From contig JAGDXK010000010.1 in assembly GCA_023256405.1 (NCBI GenBank), positions 12,250 through 54,466 of the forward strand: DNA of 42,217 bases, read 5' to 3'. Shown here piece after piece: positions 26,354 to 34,743 of the stretch; position 1 is the stretch's first letter, and every line of letters begins with the position of its first letter. The notes under the pieces were generated by a model. That model did no database searches, was not told where the DNA came from, and saw only the letters and a program-made list of their open reading frames with translations. The position numbers and the translations under genes are program-made. Origin of the DNA: Nitrososphaerales archaeon (lineage in GTDB: Archaea; Thermoproteota; Nitrososphaeria; Conexivisphaerales; UBA164).

Positions 26354-26362
26354 TCTTATAAT
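26354..26362 (-). promoter_or_regulatory. TATA box for the beta-oxidation operon (second of two TCTTATAAT direct repeats)
   Basis: TCTTATAAT occurs at 26333-26341 and at 26354-26362. The second copy is centred about 26 nt upstream of the SCP2 ATG (26332) on the minus strand. Confidence 0.45.
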
Positions 26363-26422
26363 GTTTTTGTGAACAGCCTTAGACAAGCATTTATTAGGAG
26401 CCTGCATGAATAAAGGACTGGG

Positions 26423-27157
26423 ATGCCGTATAACATAGCCGTGCTCATAAAGGCCGTCTATGAGGATGTGAAGATAAATCCTGAAACGCTCGAGCCTAGC
26501 ACTGCTGGCGTTAAGTTCAAGATGGACGATATAAGCAGAAACGCCGTGGAGGAGGCGGTAAGAATTAAGGAGAAACATGGGGGAAAGGCCACCGGCATAA
26601 TGTTCGGAAGGGACGATCAGGTTCTTGTGATGAGAGAAGCCCTCGCAATGGGTCTGGACGAAGGCGTCCTGATAAAAGGATACTCCTACAGCGATCCGGA
26701 GCTGACGGCCAGGATCCTCTATGAGAAGGTAAAAACAGGATACGACGTAGTTCTTCTGGGTTACTCTTCAGCGGACTCCTACACGGCGCAGATACCGCCA
26801 AGGCTTGCGGCCCTGATGGGCGTGCCGCTAATTGGAAACGCCGTACAGCTATCCTTTGATGGCAGGAAGGTGATAGCAGTGAAATCACTGGATGAACGCA
26901 GCGTAAAGGTTGAGTCTGAGCTTCCTGCAGTGATATCTGTGGCCCAGGAGATCAACACCCCAAGAATACCTCCTCTCATACAGATAATGGCAGCTTCAAG
27001 AAAGCCGCTGAAAATGGAGTCCGCGAACGTCCCGGCAGAAACGTATTACAGGATAATCGAGCATAAAGCTCCTCCATCATCAAGAAAGAAAATAATCTTT
27101 GAGGACGTAAACAAAGGCGTTGAGGAGATATTAAAGATCCTTAAACAGAAGGGCTAA
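26423..27157 (+). CDS. etfB: Electron transfer flavoprotein, beta subunit
   Basis: The ETF-beta pattern is present: IAVLIKAV, DDISRNAVEEAVRIKE, LLGYSSADSYTAQIPPRLAALMGVPL, and LPAVISVAQEINTPRIPPLIQIMAA. Confidence 0.9.
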   Translation: MPYNIAVLIKAVYEDVKINPETLEPSTAGVKFKMDDISRNAVEEAVRIKEKHGGKATGIMFGRDDQVLVMREALAMGLDEGVLIKGYSYSDPELTARILYEKVKTGYDVVLLGYSSADSYTAQIPPRLAALMGVPLIGNAVQLSFDGRKVIAVKSLDERSVKVESELPAVISVAQEINTPRIPPLIQIMAASRKPLKMESANVPAETYYRIIEHKAPPSSRKKIIFEDVNKGVEEILKILKQKG

Positions 27158-28050
27158 CCCTCGAGCTTCTGTATCAGAAGGGGCAGAACCTTGAATGCAT
27201 CCCCAACAATCCCGTAGTCGGCTTCGTTAAATATTGGGGCGTTCTTGTCCTTGTTTATCGCTATTACTATCTTCGAATCCCTCATCCCAACGAGATGCTG
27301 TATCTGGCCTGAGATTCCAACGGCTATGTATATCTTCGGATGAACCTTTTTCCCAGAAAGGCCAACCTGCCTGTCCTCGTCCAGCAGATGAAGGTCCTGG
27401 CAAACAGGCCTGCTCCCGGCAAGCTCAGCTCCCAGAACGGACGCTAGCTGTTTTGCGAGCTCTAGGCCCTCTGGCTTTGCTATTCCTCTTCCAACAGCGA
27501 CGAGTATTTCCGCCTTTGTAATGTCCACGGAAGCCTTCTCCTTGTTAACGGTTTCTATAAGCCTTGTGCGTGGGATTCCTGATAGATTCAGCTTGACCTT
27601 TTCGGGAGAGCTCTGCCAGGCCTTTTTCACCTCCACAGAGCCTGGCATCAGAGTGAATACCTTGGCGGTTGTCTCCTTCTTGATGACCGTCCTCCCTCCA
27701 AAGAAGTACCTCGTAACTATTGTCCTTCCATCTGAAAAGCCCAGGTCAAAGATCTCTGATTCCATGTGGGTTCCCGTGAGATGTGAAACTATGGCTGCCA
27801 CCTCCCTTCCGAGGACCGAGGCACCGAAAAACGCAAGATCATATCCCTGCCTGAAAAGTGAAGCAAGAGCCTCAGAGATCTGCCAGGGATCGTATATCAT
27901 CTCATCATAAACGAAGGATCTTTCAACCCTGTACTTCGAGGGATCATAATCGCTTCCGTGAACTGCGTCCACATGCTCAAAACGCTCGCTCAAGAAGGTC
28001 AGAAGCTCATCCATGAGCTCGTTCCTGTCCGAGAACGCAAGCACTTTCAA
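27154..28050 (-). CDS. etfA: Electron transfer flavoprotein, alpha subunit
   Basis: The C-terminal FAD-binding signature is present: VGLSGKKVHPKIYIAVGISGQIQHLVGMRDSKIVIAINKDKNAPIF. Confidence 0.9.
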   Translation of the reverse strand: MKVLAFSDRNELMDELLTFLSERFEHVDAVHGSDYDPSKYRVERSFVYDEMIYDPWQISEALASLFRQGYDLAFFGASVLGREVAAIVSHLTGTHMESEIFDLGFSDGRTIVTRYFFGGRTVIKKETTAKVFTLMPGSVEVKKAWQSSPEKVKLNLSGIPRTRLIETVNKEKASVDITKAEILVAVGRGIAKPEGLELAKQLASVLGAELAGSRPVCQDLHLLDEDRQVGLSGKKVHPKIYIAVGISGQIQHLVGMRDSKIVIAINKDKNAPIFNEADYGIVGDAFKVLPLLIQKLEG

Positions 28051-28071
28051 CGATCTGTTTATGTGGGATGG

Positions 28072-28083
28072 CGCTTATAAGCG
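28072..28083 (-). promoter_or_regulatory. Palindromic TATA element (CGCTTATAAGCG) for etfA
   Basis: This is a perfect 12-nt palindrome with a TTATAA core. It is centred about 27 nt upstream of the etfA start codon (28050). Confidence 0.45.
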
Positions 28084-28372
28084 TTAGCGCTTAGCGTCGA
28101 ATAACCCTTTAACGCATAAGAGCTCATGAGCGTACCTTTAACGGCTAAAGGCATTTCACGTTCAGCTTAAGCGGAAACATCCGTCATCCGCTTCTTGGTT
28201 CTGGCTAAACCCCGCTCTGAAATCAAGCCCCCACACCGTAAAGCTTTCGTCTGCGAGAGGTTTCTGGCAATGGTGCCCATTCCTGTTCTCCTATAATATA
28301 ATATTATATGATTTTTGTTATTGACACATCAGTCACTCATCAAATTTTTAAACAGGGCTGGGCTATAAAATA

Positions 28373-30361
28373 ATGTTGACGGCTTCTCTGTGTTATCCGG
28401 AATACTATGGCCTTCCCCGAACAGCGTTCATGGCTATCGTTTACGTTTCCGCCTCCGTTTCGGTATTAGCGTTCTTTTACATGCTCAGGCTGAGGCTAAA
28501 GGCCCGCGGAATAGGCCTTCTTGAATTTCTTAAGATCATATTTCTTAATTACAGAAGATGGCCGGGCCTTCTTTACGACTTTATAACCCATAGGAGGCTG
28601 CTGAGCCAGCGAAGTGCATCAGGGGCGGCCCATGCGGTCCTAATGTATTCTCTTCTTCTTTCCTTAATAGGCACACTGCTAGTTGCTGCAAGTCAGTACT
28701 CAGAATTAATAACGGGCACGCCGATTTTTTGTGGCTCCCTGTATCTCTTTTACACGTTTGTAATGGACGTGACGGCGTGGGCTCTGTTTATTTCATCGGT
28801 TACGGCTGTGGTATTCGCCTACAGAAGGAGGGAAATAATTCAGCGGAGCAGCCTGACGGCCGATATAATCTATCTTTTGTCGTTCTCCCTTCTCAGCATA
28901 ACCGGCGCAATGATCGAATCTTACAGAATAAACGCTCTTTACGGAACTTCGTTTGGCTACATAGCCTTTAACGCATACCTTTTAAGGGGTCTTCGACTGA
29001 GCTGGGAGGCGTACGCGGCGGTTTACATCTTTCACTTAGAGCTCGCGTTTGCGCTGATAGCTTTTATACCAATGACCTCCATATTTCATCCTCTAATAGC
29101 TGTGGCCAACTACGTTCGTGAGGAGAGGCCAACCGGTGAGCTCACGAAGCCCTTTGACCTGATGAGCGTAATGCAGAGCGGCTCTTTTGAAGTTCAGGTA
29201 GGAATAAACAGGACCTCGGACATTAAAGGCTTTTATGCGCTTGAGCTCGAGGCATGCCAGAACTGCTACAGGTGTCAGGATGTTTGCCCCGCGCATTTAG
29301 CGGGAAGGCCTCTTTCTCCGACCACGCTCATCAGCAGTCTTCAGAGGGAGATAAACAGAGACGCACCCATATGGGACTTTATCTCCGAGGATACCATCTG
29401 GTCATGCACCACGTGCGGTGCATGCGTTAAGGCCTGTCCAGTTTACATAAGGCACACGGATTACATAGTTGACGCAAGGAGGGCACTCGTAATGAATATG
29501 AAGCTGGACGAGAGGAAGAACGCGCTCCTGCTCTCCATGAGCTCATACGATAACTCATTCGGGATGTCAAACGACAACAGAAACTCATGGCTCTCCGAGG
29601 CTGGTCTGAAGAAGGCCTCAGAAATCAGGATGGTCGAAAACCTGCTGTGGATAGGATGCATGGGCAGCTTTGATCCAGAGGCCAGGGACATCGTGAGGAA
29701 CTTTGTGGAAATACTGAGAAAGGCAGGAGTTATCGACAGCTATGCATATCTTGGGGAGGAGGAAACGTGCTGCGGCGATCCGGCCAGGAGGCTTGGAGAG
29801 GAGAGCAAGTTTCAGGACCTAGCGATAAAGAACATAGAGATCTTCAAAAAGTATGGCGTCAAAACGATAGTGACAATATGTCCTCACGGATTTAACACAT
29901 TCAAGAATGAGTACCCAAAGATAGATGGGTCCTTCAGCGGAATTAAGGTGAAGCATTACGTCGAAGTCATAAAGGAGCTGATTGATGCAGGACGCATTAA
30001 ACCAGAAGCGTCAAAGGAGGTGTTTGTAATTCATGACCCCTGTTATCTGTCGAGACACAACGGGATCGTCGAGCCGCAGAGAAGTATCATTAGAAGCTTT
30101 GCCGAGCTCCGGGAGCCCAGAAGGAGCGGGGGAAACACCTTCTGCTGCGGCGCAGGAGGATCAAATTATTGGTACGAGGTTCCAGAAAAAACGAAGATAA
30201 GCCATATAAGATTCAGGGAGCTCCAGGACACAGGCGCCAGCTCCATCGTTGTTCTCTGTCCGTTCTGTAACGCTATGCTCAACGATGCGAGCGCGGTCCT
30301 TTCAGATGGCAAGGTTAAGGTGAAGGACATAGCCGAGGTAGTTAACGAAAGTATAAAATAA
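28373..30361 (+). CDS. Membrane-bound Fe-S oxidoreductase: NarI/HdrE-like b-type membrane domain fused to an HdrD/GlpC-like domain
   Basis: The N-terminal ~250 aa have about 5-6 TM spans with conserved-looking His residues. Two ferredoxin-type motifs follow: CQNCYRCQDVCP and CTTCGACVKACP. There are also two Cys-rich CCG-type regions (ETCCGDP...CPHGFN and TFCCGAGG...CPFCN). Confidence 0.8.
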   Translation: MLTASLCYPEYYGLPRTAFMAIVYVSASVSVLAFFYMLRLRLKARGIGLLEFLKIIFLNYRRWPGLLYDFITHRRLLSQRSASGAAHAVLMYSLLLSLIGTLLVAASQYSELITGTPIFCGSLYLFYTFVMDVTAWALFISSVTAVVFAYRRREIIQRSSLTADIIYLLSFSLLSITGAMIESYRINALYGTSFGYIAFNAYLLRGLRLSWEAYAAVYIFHLELAFALIAFIPMTSIFHPLIAVANYVREERPTGELTKPFDLMSVMQSGSFEVQVGINRTSDIKGFYALELEACQNCYRCQDVCPAHLAGRPLSPTTLISSLQREINRDAPIWDFISEDTIWSCTTCGACVKACPVYIRHTDYIVDARRALVMNMKLDERKNALLLSMSSYDNSFGMSNDNRNSWLSEAGLKKASEIRMVENLLWIGCMGSFDPEARDIVRNFVEILRKAGVIDSYAYLGEEETCCGDPARRLGEESKFQDLAIKNIEIFKKYGVKTIVTICPHGFNTFKNEYPKIDGSFSGIKVKHYVEVIKELIDAGRIKPEASKEVFVIHDPCYLSRHNGIVEPQRSIIRSFAELREPRRSGGNTFCCGAGGSNYWYEVPEKTKISHIRFRELQDTGASSIVVLCPFCNAMLNDASAVLSDGKVKVKDIAEVVNESIK

Positions 30362-30382
30362 GCGAAGAACCCCTATAAGCTC

Positions 30383-31150
30383 ATGAACAGGGAGCTTAAT
30401 GGAAAGAAGGCCCTTATAACTGGCGCATCAACAGGGATAGGTGCTGCAACCGCTATAGCGTTCGCGAGAGAAGGCGCGTCAGTAATAATAAACTACAGGA
30501 GCAGCGAGCAGAAAGCCAGGGAAGTAATGAAAAAGGCAAGGGAGCTCGGGGCGGAGGCTTACGTTTTTAAAGCGGACGTGACAAATGAGGCTGAAATAGC
30601 TGACCTCATGAAGTTCATTGAAAGCACGTTTGGGTATCTCGACGTGCTCGTCAATAACGCCGGAGGCCTTCTCGAAAGAAGGGAAATAACAAGCTCGGAC
30701 CTGGAGTACTGGAGAAGGCACATAGATCTGAACCTTACATCGGTCTATCTTGTTACGAAGAACTCGCTTCCCCTGCTGCTGAGGTCGCCATCTAAAGAGA
30801 GGGTCATAGTTAACGTCTCATCCATAGCAGCGTTCACTGGCGGAGGCAGAGGCGCCTTTGCCTATGCTTCGGCAAAAGGAGGCGTGAAGACCCTTACCAG
30901 GGCAATGGCCAAGGAGCTTGCGCAGCATAGGATCAGGGTAGTGGCGGTAATGCCGGGCCTAATTGTGACCCCGTTTCACGAAAAGGCCAAGACTGGAGAT
31001 GTTGAGGGATGGGCTGAGAAACAGGTACTTCTTAAGAGGGCTGGAAGCGCCGAGGAGGTGGCTGAGGTGATAGCGTTTCTTGCAAGCGAAAGAGCAAGCT
31101 ACGTTAACTCGACGGAGATCTACGTAGATGGCGGATGGATGTATGGATAA
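30383..31150 (+). CDS. Short-chain dehydrogenase/reductase (FabG-like 3-oxoacyl reductase family)
   Basis: Cofactor motif TGASTGIGAATA; also NNAG, and the catalytic S...YASAKGG (YxxxK). It lies 21 nt downstream of the Fe-S oxidoreductase gene. Confidence 0.9.
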   Translation: MNRELNGKKALITGASTGIGAATAIAFAREGASVIINYRSSEQKAREVMKKARELGAEAYVFKADVTNEAEIADLMKFIESTFGYLDVLVNNAGGLLERREITSSDLEYWRRHIDLNLTSVYLVTKNSLPLLLRSPSKERVIVNVSSIAAFTGGGRGAFAYASAKGGVKTLTRAMAKELAQHRIRVVAVMPGLIVTPFHEKAKTGDVEGWAEKQVLLKRAGSAEEVAEVIAFLASERASYVNSTEIYVDGGWMYG

Positions 31151-31193
31151 GCGCGTTTTAAAAACTTAAATATAATTGACCGATTTTTAATTT

Positions 31194-32807
31194 GTGGGCC
31201 CATTCTATAAGTACAACCTTAACTTTAGAAACGCGTTCTTAACTGCGGTCAGGAACTTTCCCAACAGGGAGATAGTTTACAGGGACAAAAAGAGATACAC
31301 GTTCTCTGAGTTCTACGAAAGGGTTCTGAGGCTCTGCGGGGGTCTGAAGGAGATAGGGGTTAAGGAAGGAGATGTTGTGGCGGTAATAGACTGGGACACA
31401 TACGTCTACATGGAGTCTTATTTTGCGATCCCCATGAGCGGCGCAACCCTGCACACGGTCAACATCAGATACCCTCCCGAGCTTATATACCTCACAATGA
31501 GCTTTGCGAACGATAAATATGTAATAATAAGGGACGAGTTCGTTCCTATAATTGAGAAGAACGCGCCACTTTTCGATTTTGTTAAGGGCTGGATTATTTA
31601 CTCTGAAGAGGGGAGGCGCGTCGAGACCAAGCTTTCCCCCAGCTATGATTACGAGGATCTCGTAAAAAGGGATAGATGTGAGCCCCCTGATCTGGACGAG
31701 GAAACGAGGGCAACGCTCTTCTTTACATCAGGAACGACCGGAATGCCGAAGGGAGTAAGCTTTACGCAGAGGGATCTTATACTTCACGCTCTTTCGCTGT
31801 CCGCATCCATGAAGTACAGGCCCATAAGCCTGACCGACCAGGACGTCTTTATGTCCCTGGTTCCCATGTTTCATGTGCACTCGTGGGGGATGCCGTACAT
31901 AGCCTTTATGAATGGGAACAAATACGTGCTCCCAGGAAGGTATGAAATAAAGACCATACTCGAGCTCATAAAGCGGGAAAGGGTCACTTTTTCGACCATG
32001 GTTCCAGCAATACTTTACATGATCCTCAACGATCCCTCCGTTGAAGAGTACAGGGATTATCTCAGAGGATGGAAGGTCATCATAGGCGGCTCAGCCCTGC
32101 CAAAGGGCCTGGCGCAGAAGGCGGTATCCTATGGAATAACCGTCGTAGGTGGATACGGGCTTTCTGAGACCTGTCCAGTTCTCACGATTTCCGTCATGAA
32201 TGATTACACGTCGAAGATGAGCTATCAGGAGGCCCTTGACTATCTTATAAGCGCTGGAATTCCCATACCGTTGGTTCATCTGAGGGTTGTTGATCCGAGC
32301 GGCAAGGACGTTCCCTGGGATGGCAGGTCTGCCGGTGAGGTTATAGTTAGGGCCCCCTGGCTTACAAGGGAGTATTATAACGACCCAGAGAAAACAGAGG
32401 AGCTGTGGAAGGATGGGTGGCTGCACACGGGAGATCTCGGGGTCATAGATCAGTACGGCTATCTGCACATAGTTGACAGGGAGAAGGATGCCATTAAGAG
32501 CGGGGGAGAGTTCATACCAAGTCTGCTTCTGGAAAACGCAATAAGCGAAGTAAAGGGAGTAGGGGAGGTCGCGGTCGTTGGAATACCGGATCCAAAATGG
32601 GGAGAAAGGCCAGTTGCCTTCGTAGTAAAGAGCGGTGACATTACCGAGAACGACATAATAAACCATCTCAACGAGCTGGTTAAGCTAGGCAGGATACAGA
32701 AATGGTGGATCCCAGACAGGATACTCTTCATAGATAGCATGCCCAGGACGAGCACGAACAAGATAGATAAGAAGGCACTTAGAAACAAAATAACCGGAGA
32801 AAGTTAA
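31194..32807 (+). CDS. AMP-dependent acyl-CoA synthetase (fatty-acid-CoA ligase)
   Basis: AMP-binding motif FFTSGTTGMPKGV; also GYGLSET, TGDLGVIDQYGYLHIVDREKD, and the C-terminal NKIDKKAL. The start is GTG, with a TATA-like TAAATATAAT about 23 nt upstream. Confidence 0.9.
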   Translation: MGPFYKYNLNFRNAFLTAVRNFPNREIVYRDKKRYTFSEFYERVLRLCGGLKEIGVKEGDVVAVIDWDTYVYMESYFAIPMSGATLHTVNIRYPPELIYLTMSFANDKYVIIRDEFVPIIEKNAPLFDFVKGWIIYSEEGRRVETKLSPSYDYEDLVKRDRCEPPDLDEETRATLFFTSGTTGMPKGVSFTQRDLILHALSLSASMKYRPISLTDQDVFMSLVPMFHVHSWGMPYIAFMNGNKYVLPGRYEIKTILELIKRERVTFSTMVPAILYMILNDPSVEEYRDYLRGWKVIIGGSALPKGLAQKAVSYGITVVGGYGLSETCPVLTISVMNDYTSKMSYQEALDYLISAGIPIPLVHLRVVDPSGKDVPWDGRSAGEVIVRAPWLTREYYNDPEKTEELWKDGWLHTGDLGVIDQYGYLHIVDREKDAIKSGGEFIPSLLLENAISEVKGVGEVAVVGIPDPKWGERPVAFVVKSGDITENDIINHLNELVKLGRIQKWWIPDRILFIDSMPRTSTNKIDKKALRNKITGES

Positions 32808-32958
32808 AATTATTTATTTTTAATCAGAAATTTGACTAATTTTCTATTTTTAGAGTTAGTACGTCTAAAATTCTAAGCTTGGACATTAAATCCCTTTTGA
32901 AAGAAATTTTTCAGTAATGGTTAAATTTTAGGCTATAAAATCACAGATTAGACCAAAA

Positions 32959-34335
32959 ATGCAAGAATATGACAATACAGGAAAAAAAGTGTACTGGACC
33001 GCTAGTTCAATACTCTTTGTCGTAAGCATACTGATGATGGGATATGGAATATATCAGCAGGTTGTTCTGCACGTCTACAAGGCCCCGTTGCTTCTTGGAA
33101 TAGTTGCAGGGATGCTGCTTGCAATCCCGCTTGAGCTATGGAACTTCTCAGACCCCGACACGCTCTTCAGGGTTATGGCGTTCCAGGACAGGTTCCTCAT
33201 AGTGTGCTTTGGGTTTGCAATAGGCCTTGGCGCAATACTTCTATACGGCCTTAACCTCTTTGTTCCTCATCCGAACTTTGGAATCAAGGACCTGTTCGTG
33301 CTTGGGATAGTTCTCGGGGGTCTCATATTCGGGCTTGGTGTAGGTATTGCAGGATACTTCCCCGGAACCGTCTGGATAGCCCTTGGACAAGGAAGAAGGG
33401 ACGCCATCTATGCCGTTGCTGGTGGCCTTCTCGGAGCTTTCACTTGGTCAGTTATATTTGGCAGCGTAAGGGGGCTCCTATGGAACACCCTTAACTTTGG
33501 ACCAGTAACATGGGCAACTCTGTTTGGGTTTAACACGAGGCTCGGCATGTTCCTGGTGAGTCTGGTCTTCGGGGCCATACTGTTCTCGGTATTCCTCTTT
33601 CTGCCGAGATTTCCAAAGCAGCCAACAAGACAGTCATGCGCGTATCACCTCTCTGGAGCCAACAGGGAGGTTGTTAGGTTCAATGAAGTAATTGACGAGG
33701 AGACAAGGAAGTATCCTAACGCAAGACCATACATAACTAGGCTGATCAACGAGAGCAGCATAGAAAACGCGAGATCAATAATACTTCTTGGGCTTGAATT
33801 TACAATAACTGCGGTAGCAGTTATAATACTGAGGCAGATCTTCGGCGAGTCCACAACGTACTCGTGGATAGGCGCGCAGATCTCCTACCTGATAAACCCC
33901 GTATGGGCTGCGTCAAATCCATACTTCCAGCTCTTTGGCGGCATGCATCTAGTGAACGGAATACCAGTAAACCACCCATTCAGCGAAATAGGATGGGAGC
34001 CATTCTCAGACCTGGGAACTTTTCTTGGAGGACTTGTTTCCTCCCTGATCATAAGCAGAAGGTTCATGGGATTCAAGAAGCAGGTTCCTTATGTCTGGCA
34101 GCACAGGTTCGGACCATCTGAATCAAAGAGAGCCCTTGGATCCTTCATAGGAGCCTTCATGGTGCTGTTCGGTGCCAGGATGGCCAACGGATGCGCTTCG
34201 GGACATATACTCAGCGGGGATATACAGATGGCAGTTTCAAGCTTCCTCTTCCTGATAATGGTCACAATAGGAGCCTGGATAGCTCTCAGATACATACTAC
34301 ACCTCAGAATAAACGCCCAGGGCTACGTGGATTAA
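32959..34335 (+). CDS. YeeE/YedE-like (sulfur-transport family) membrane protein
   Basis: It has two homologous membrane halves. The second carries the family motif FGARMANGCASGHILSG. The first has the equivalent Gly-rich helix (GLGVGIAGYFPGTVW) without the Cys. A ~60-aa hydrophilic linker separates the halves. Confidence 0.6.
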   Translation: MQEYDNTGKKVYWTASSILFVVSILMMGYGIYQQVVLHVYKAPLLLGIVAGMLLAIPLELWNFSDPDTLFRVMAFQDRFLIVCFGFAIGLGAILLYGLNLFVPHPNFGIKDLFVLGIVLGGLIFGLGVGIAGYFPGTVWIALGQGRRDAIYAVAGGLLGAFTWSVIFGSVRGLLWNTLNFGPVTWATLFGFNTRLGMFLVSLVFGAILFSVFLFLPRFPKQPTRQSCAYHLSGANREVVRFNEVIDEETRKYPNARPYITRLINESSIENARSIILLGLEFTITAVAVIILRQIFGESTTYSWIGAQISYLINPVWAASNPYFQLFGGMHLVNGIPVNHPFSEIGWEPFSDLGTFLGGLVSSLIISRRFMGFKKQVPYVWQHRFGPSESKRALGSFIGAFMVLFGARMANGCASGHILSGDIQMAVSSFLFLIMVTIGAWIALRYILHLRINAQGYVD

Positions 34336-34336
34336 A

Positions 34337-34374
34337 TTTTTAAATCTGTTTTGTTTTTATTTTTTGCTTTTTTG
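34337..34374 (+). terminator. Oligo-T terminator region downstream of the YeeE-like gene
   Basis: The sequence TTTTTAAATCTGTTTTGTTTTTATTTTTTGCTTTTTTG has five T-runs immediately after the stop at 34335. Confidence 0.55.
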
Positions 34375-34462
34375 TAAGCGCCAGACAGCTCAGATGCCAA
34401 TAAGCTGTGCGATTTATAGGATTAAATTTATAAACAGAGCATAGCTGTTATATTGACGGAAA

Positions 34463-34738
34463 TTGGAAATATCCGTTCTTAATAAAACGGAGAACTCAAT
34501 CGAGCTGATGTTCAAGAACGTTGACTTTTCGCTTTTAAGAATAGTGCAGCATGCGCTTCTGGAGGATAAAAGAGTGAAGAACATCTCGGTTAAGAGAGGG
34601 CATCCTCTGACCAAGGAGCTCTACTTGTACCTTCTGACTGATGGCTCAGATCCAAAGCAGGTTCTTAAGGAAGGCATAGGAAGAGCCAGGGAGATGACAA
34701 AAAGCTTAAAAGCGGAGCTGGAGAAGGCTCTATCTTGA
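34463..34738 (+). CDS. rpoL: DNA-directed RNA polymerase subunit L (Rpo11)
   Basis: This is a 91-aa protein. The pattern NSIELMF-x-VDFSLLRIVQHALLED...VKRGHPLTKELYLYLLTDGSDPKQVL fits Rpo11/RpoL, although the usual EDHTL motif is diverged. It lies 5 nt upstream of tfs. The start is TTG. Confidence 0.6.
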   Translation: MEISVLNKTENSIELMFKNVDFSLLRIVQHALLEDKRVKNISVKRGHPLTKELYLYLLTDGSDPKQVLKEGIGRAREMTKSLKAELEKALS

Positions 34739-34743
34739 CCTGA

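Noticed and set aside
28363-28369. GGCTATAAAAT immediately upstream of the ATG at 28373 also occurs at about 32932. I considered it as a shared regulatory motif.
   Set aside because: An 11-nt BRE/TATA-like match is explained by the generic archaeal promoter consensus. At 28363 it is too close (about 10 nt) to the annotated ATG to be its TATA box. That only suggests the true start of the oxidoreductase may be further downstream (for example ATG 28430).
28051-28372. I considered a box C/D sRNA in the long etfA / Fe-S oxidoreductase spacer. A GGAUGAC string and CUGA strings are present on the minus strand.
   Set aside because: There is no exact RUGAUGA C box. The spacing to the candidate D' box is wrong (18 nt instead of about 12 nt). 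There is no terminal D box with a closing stem.
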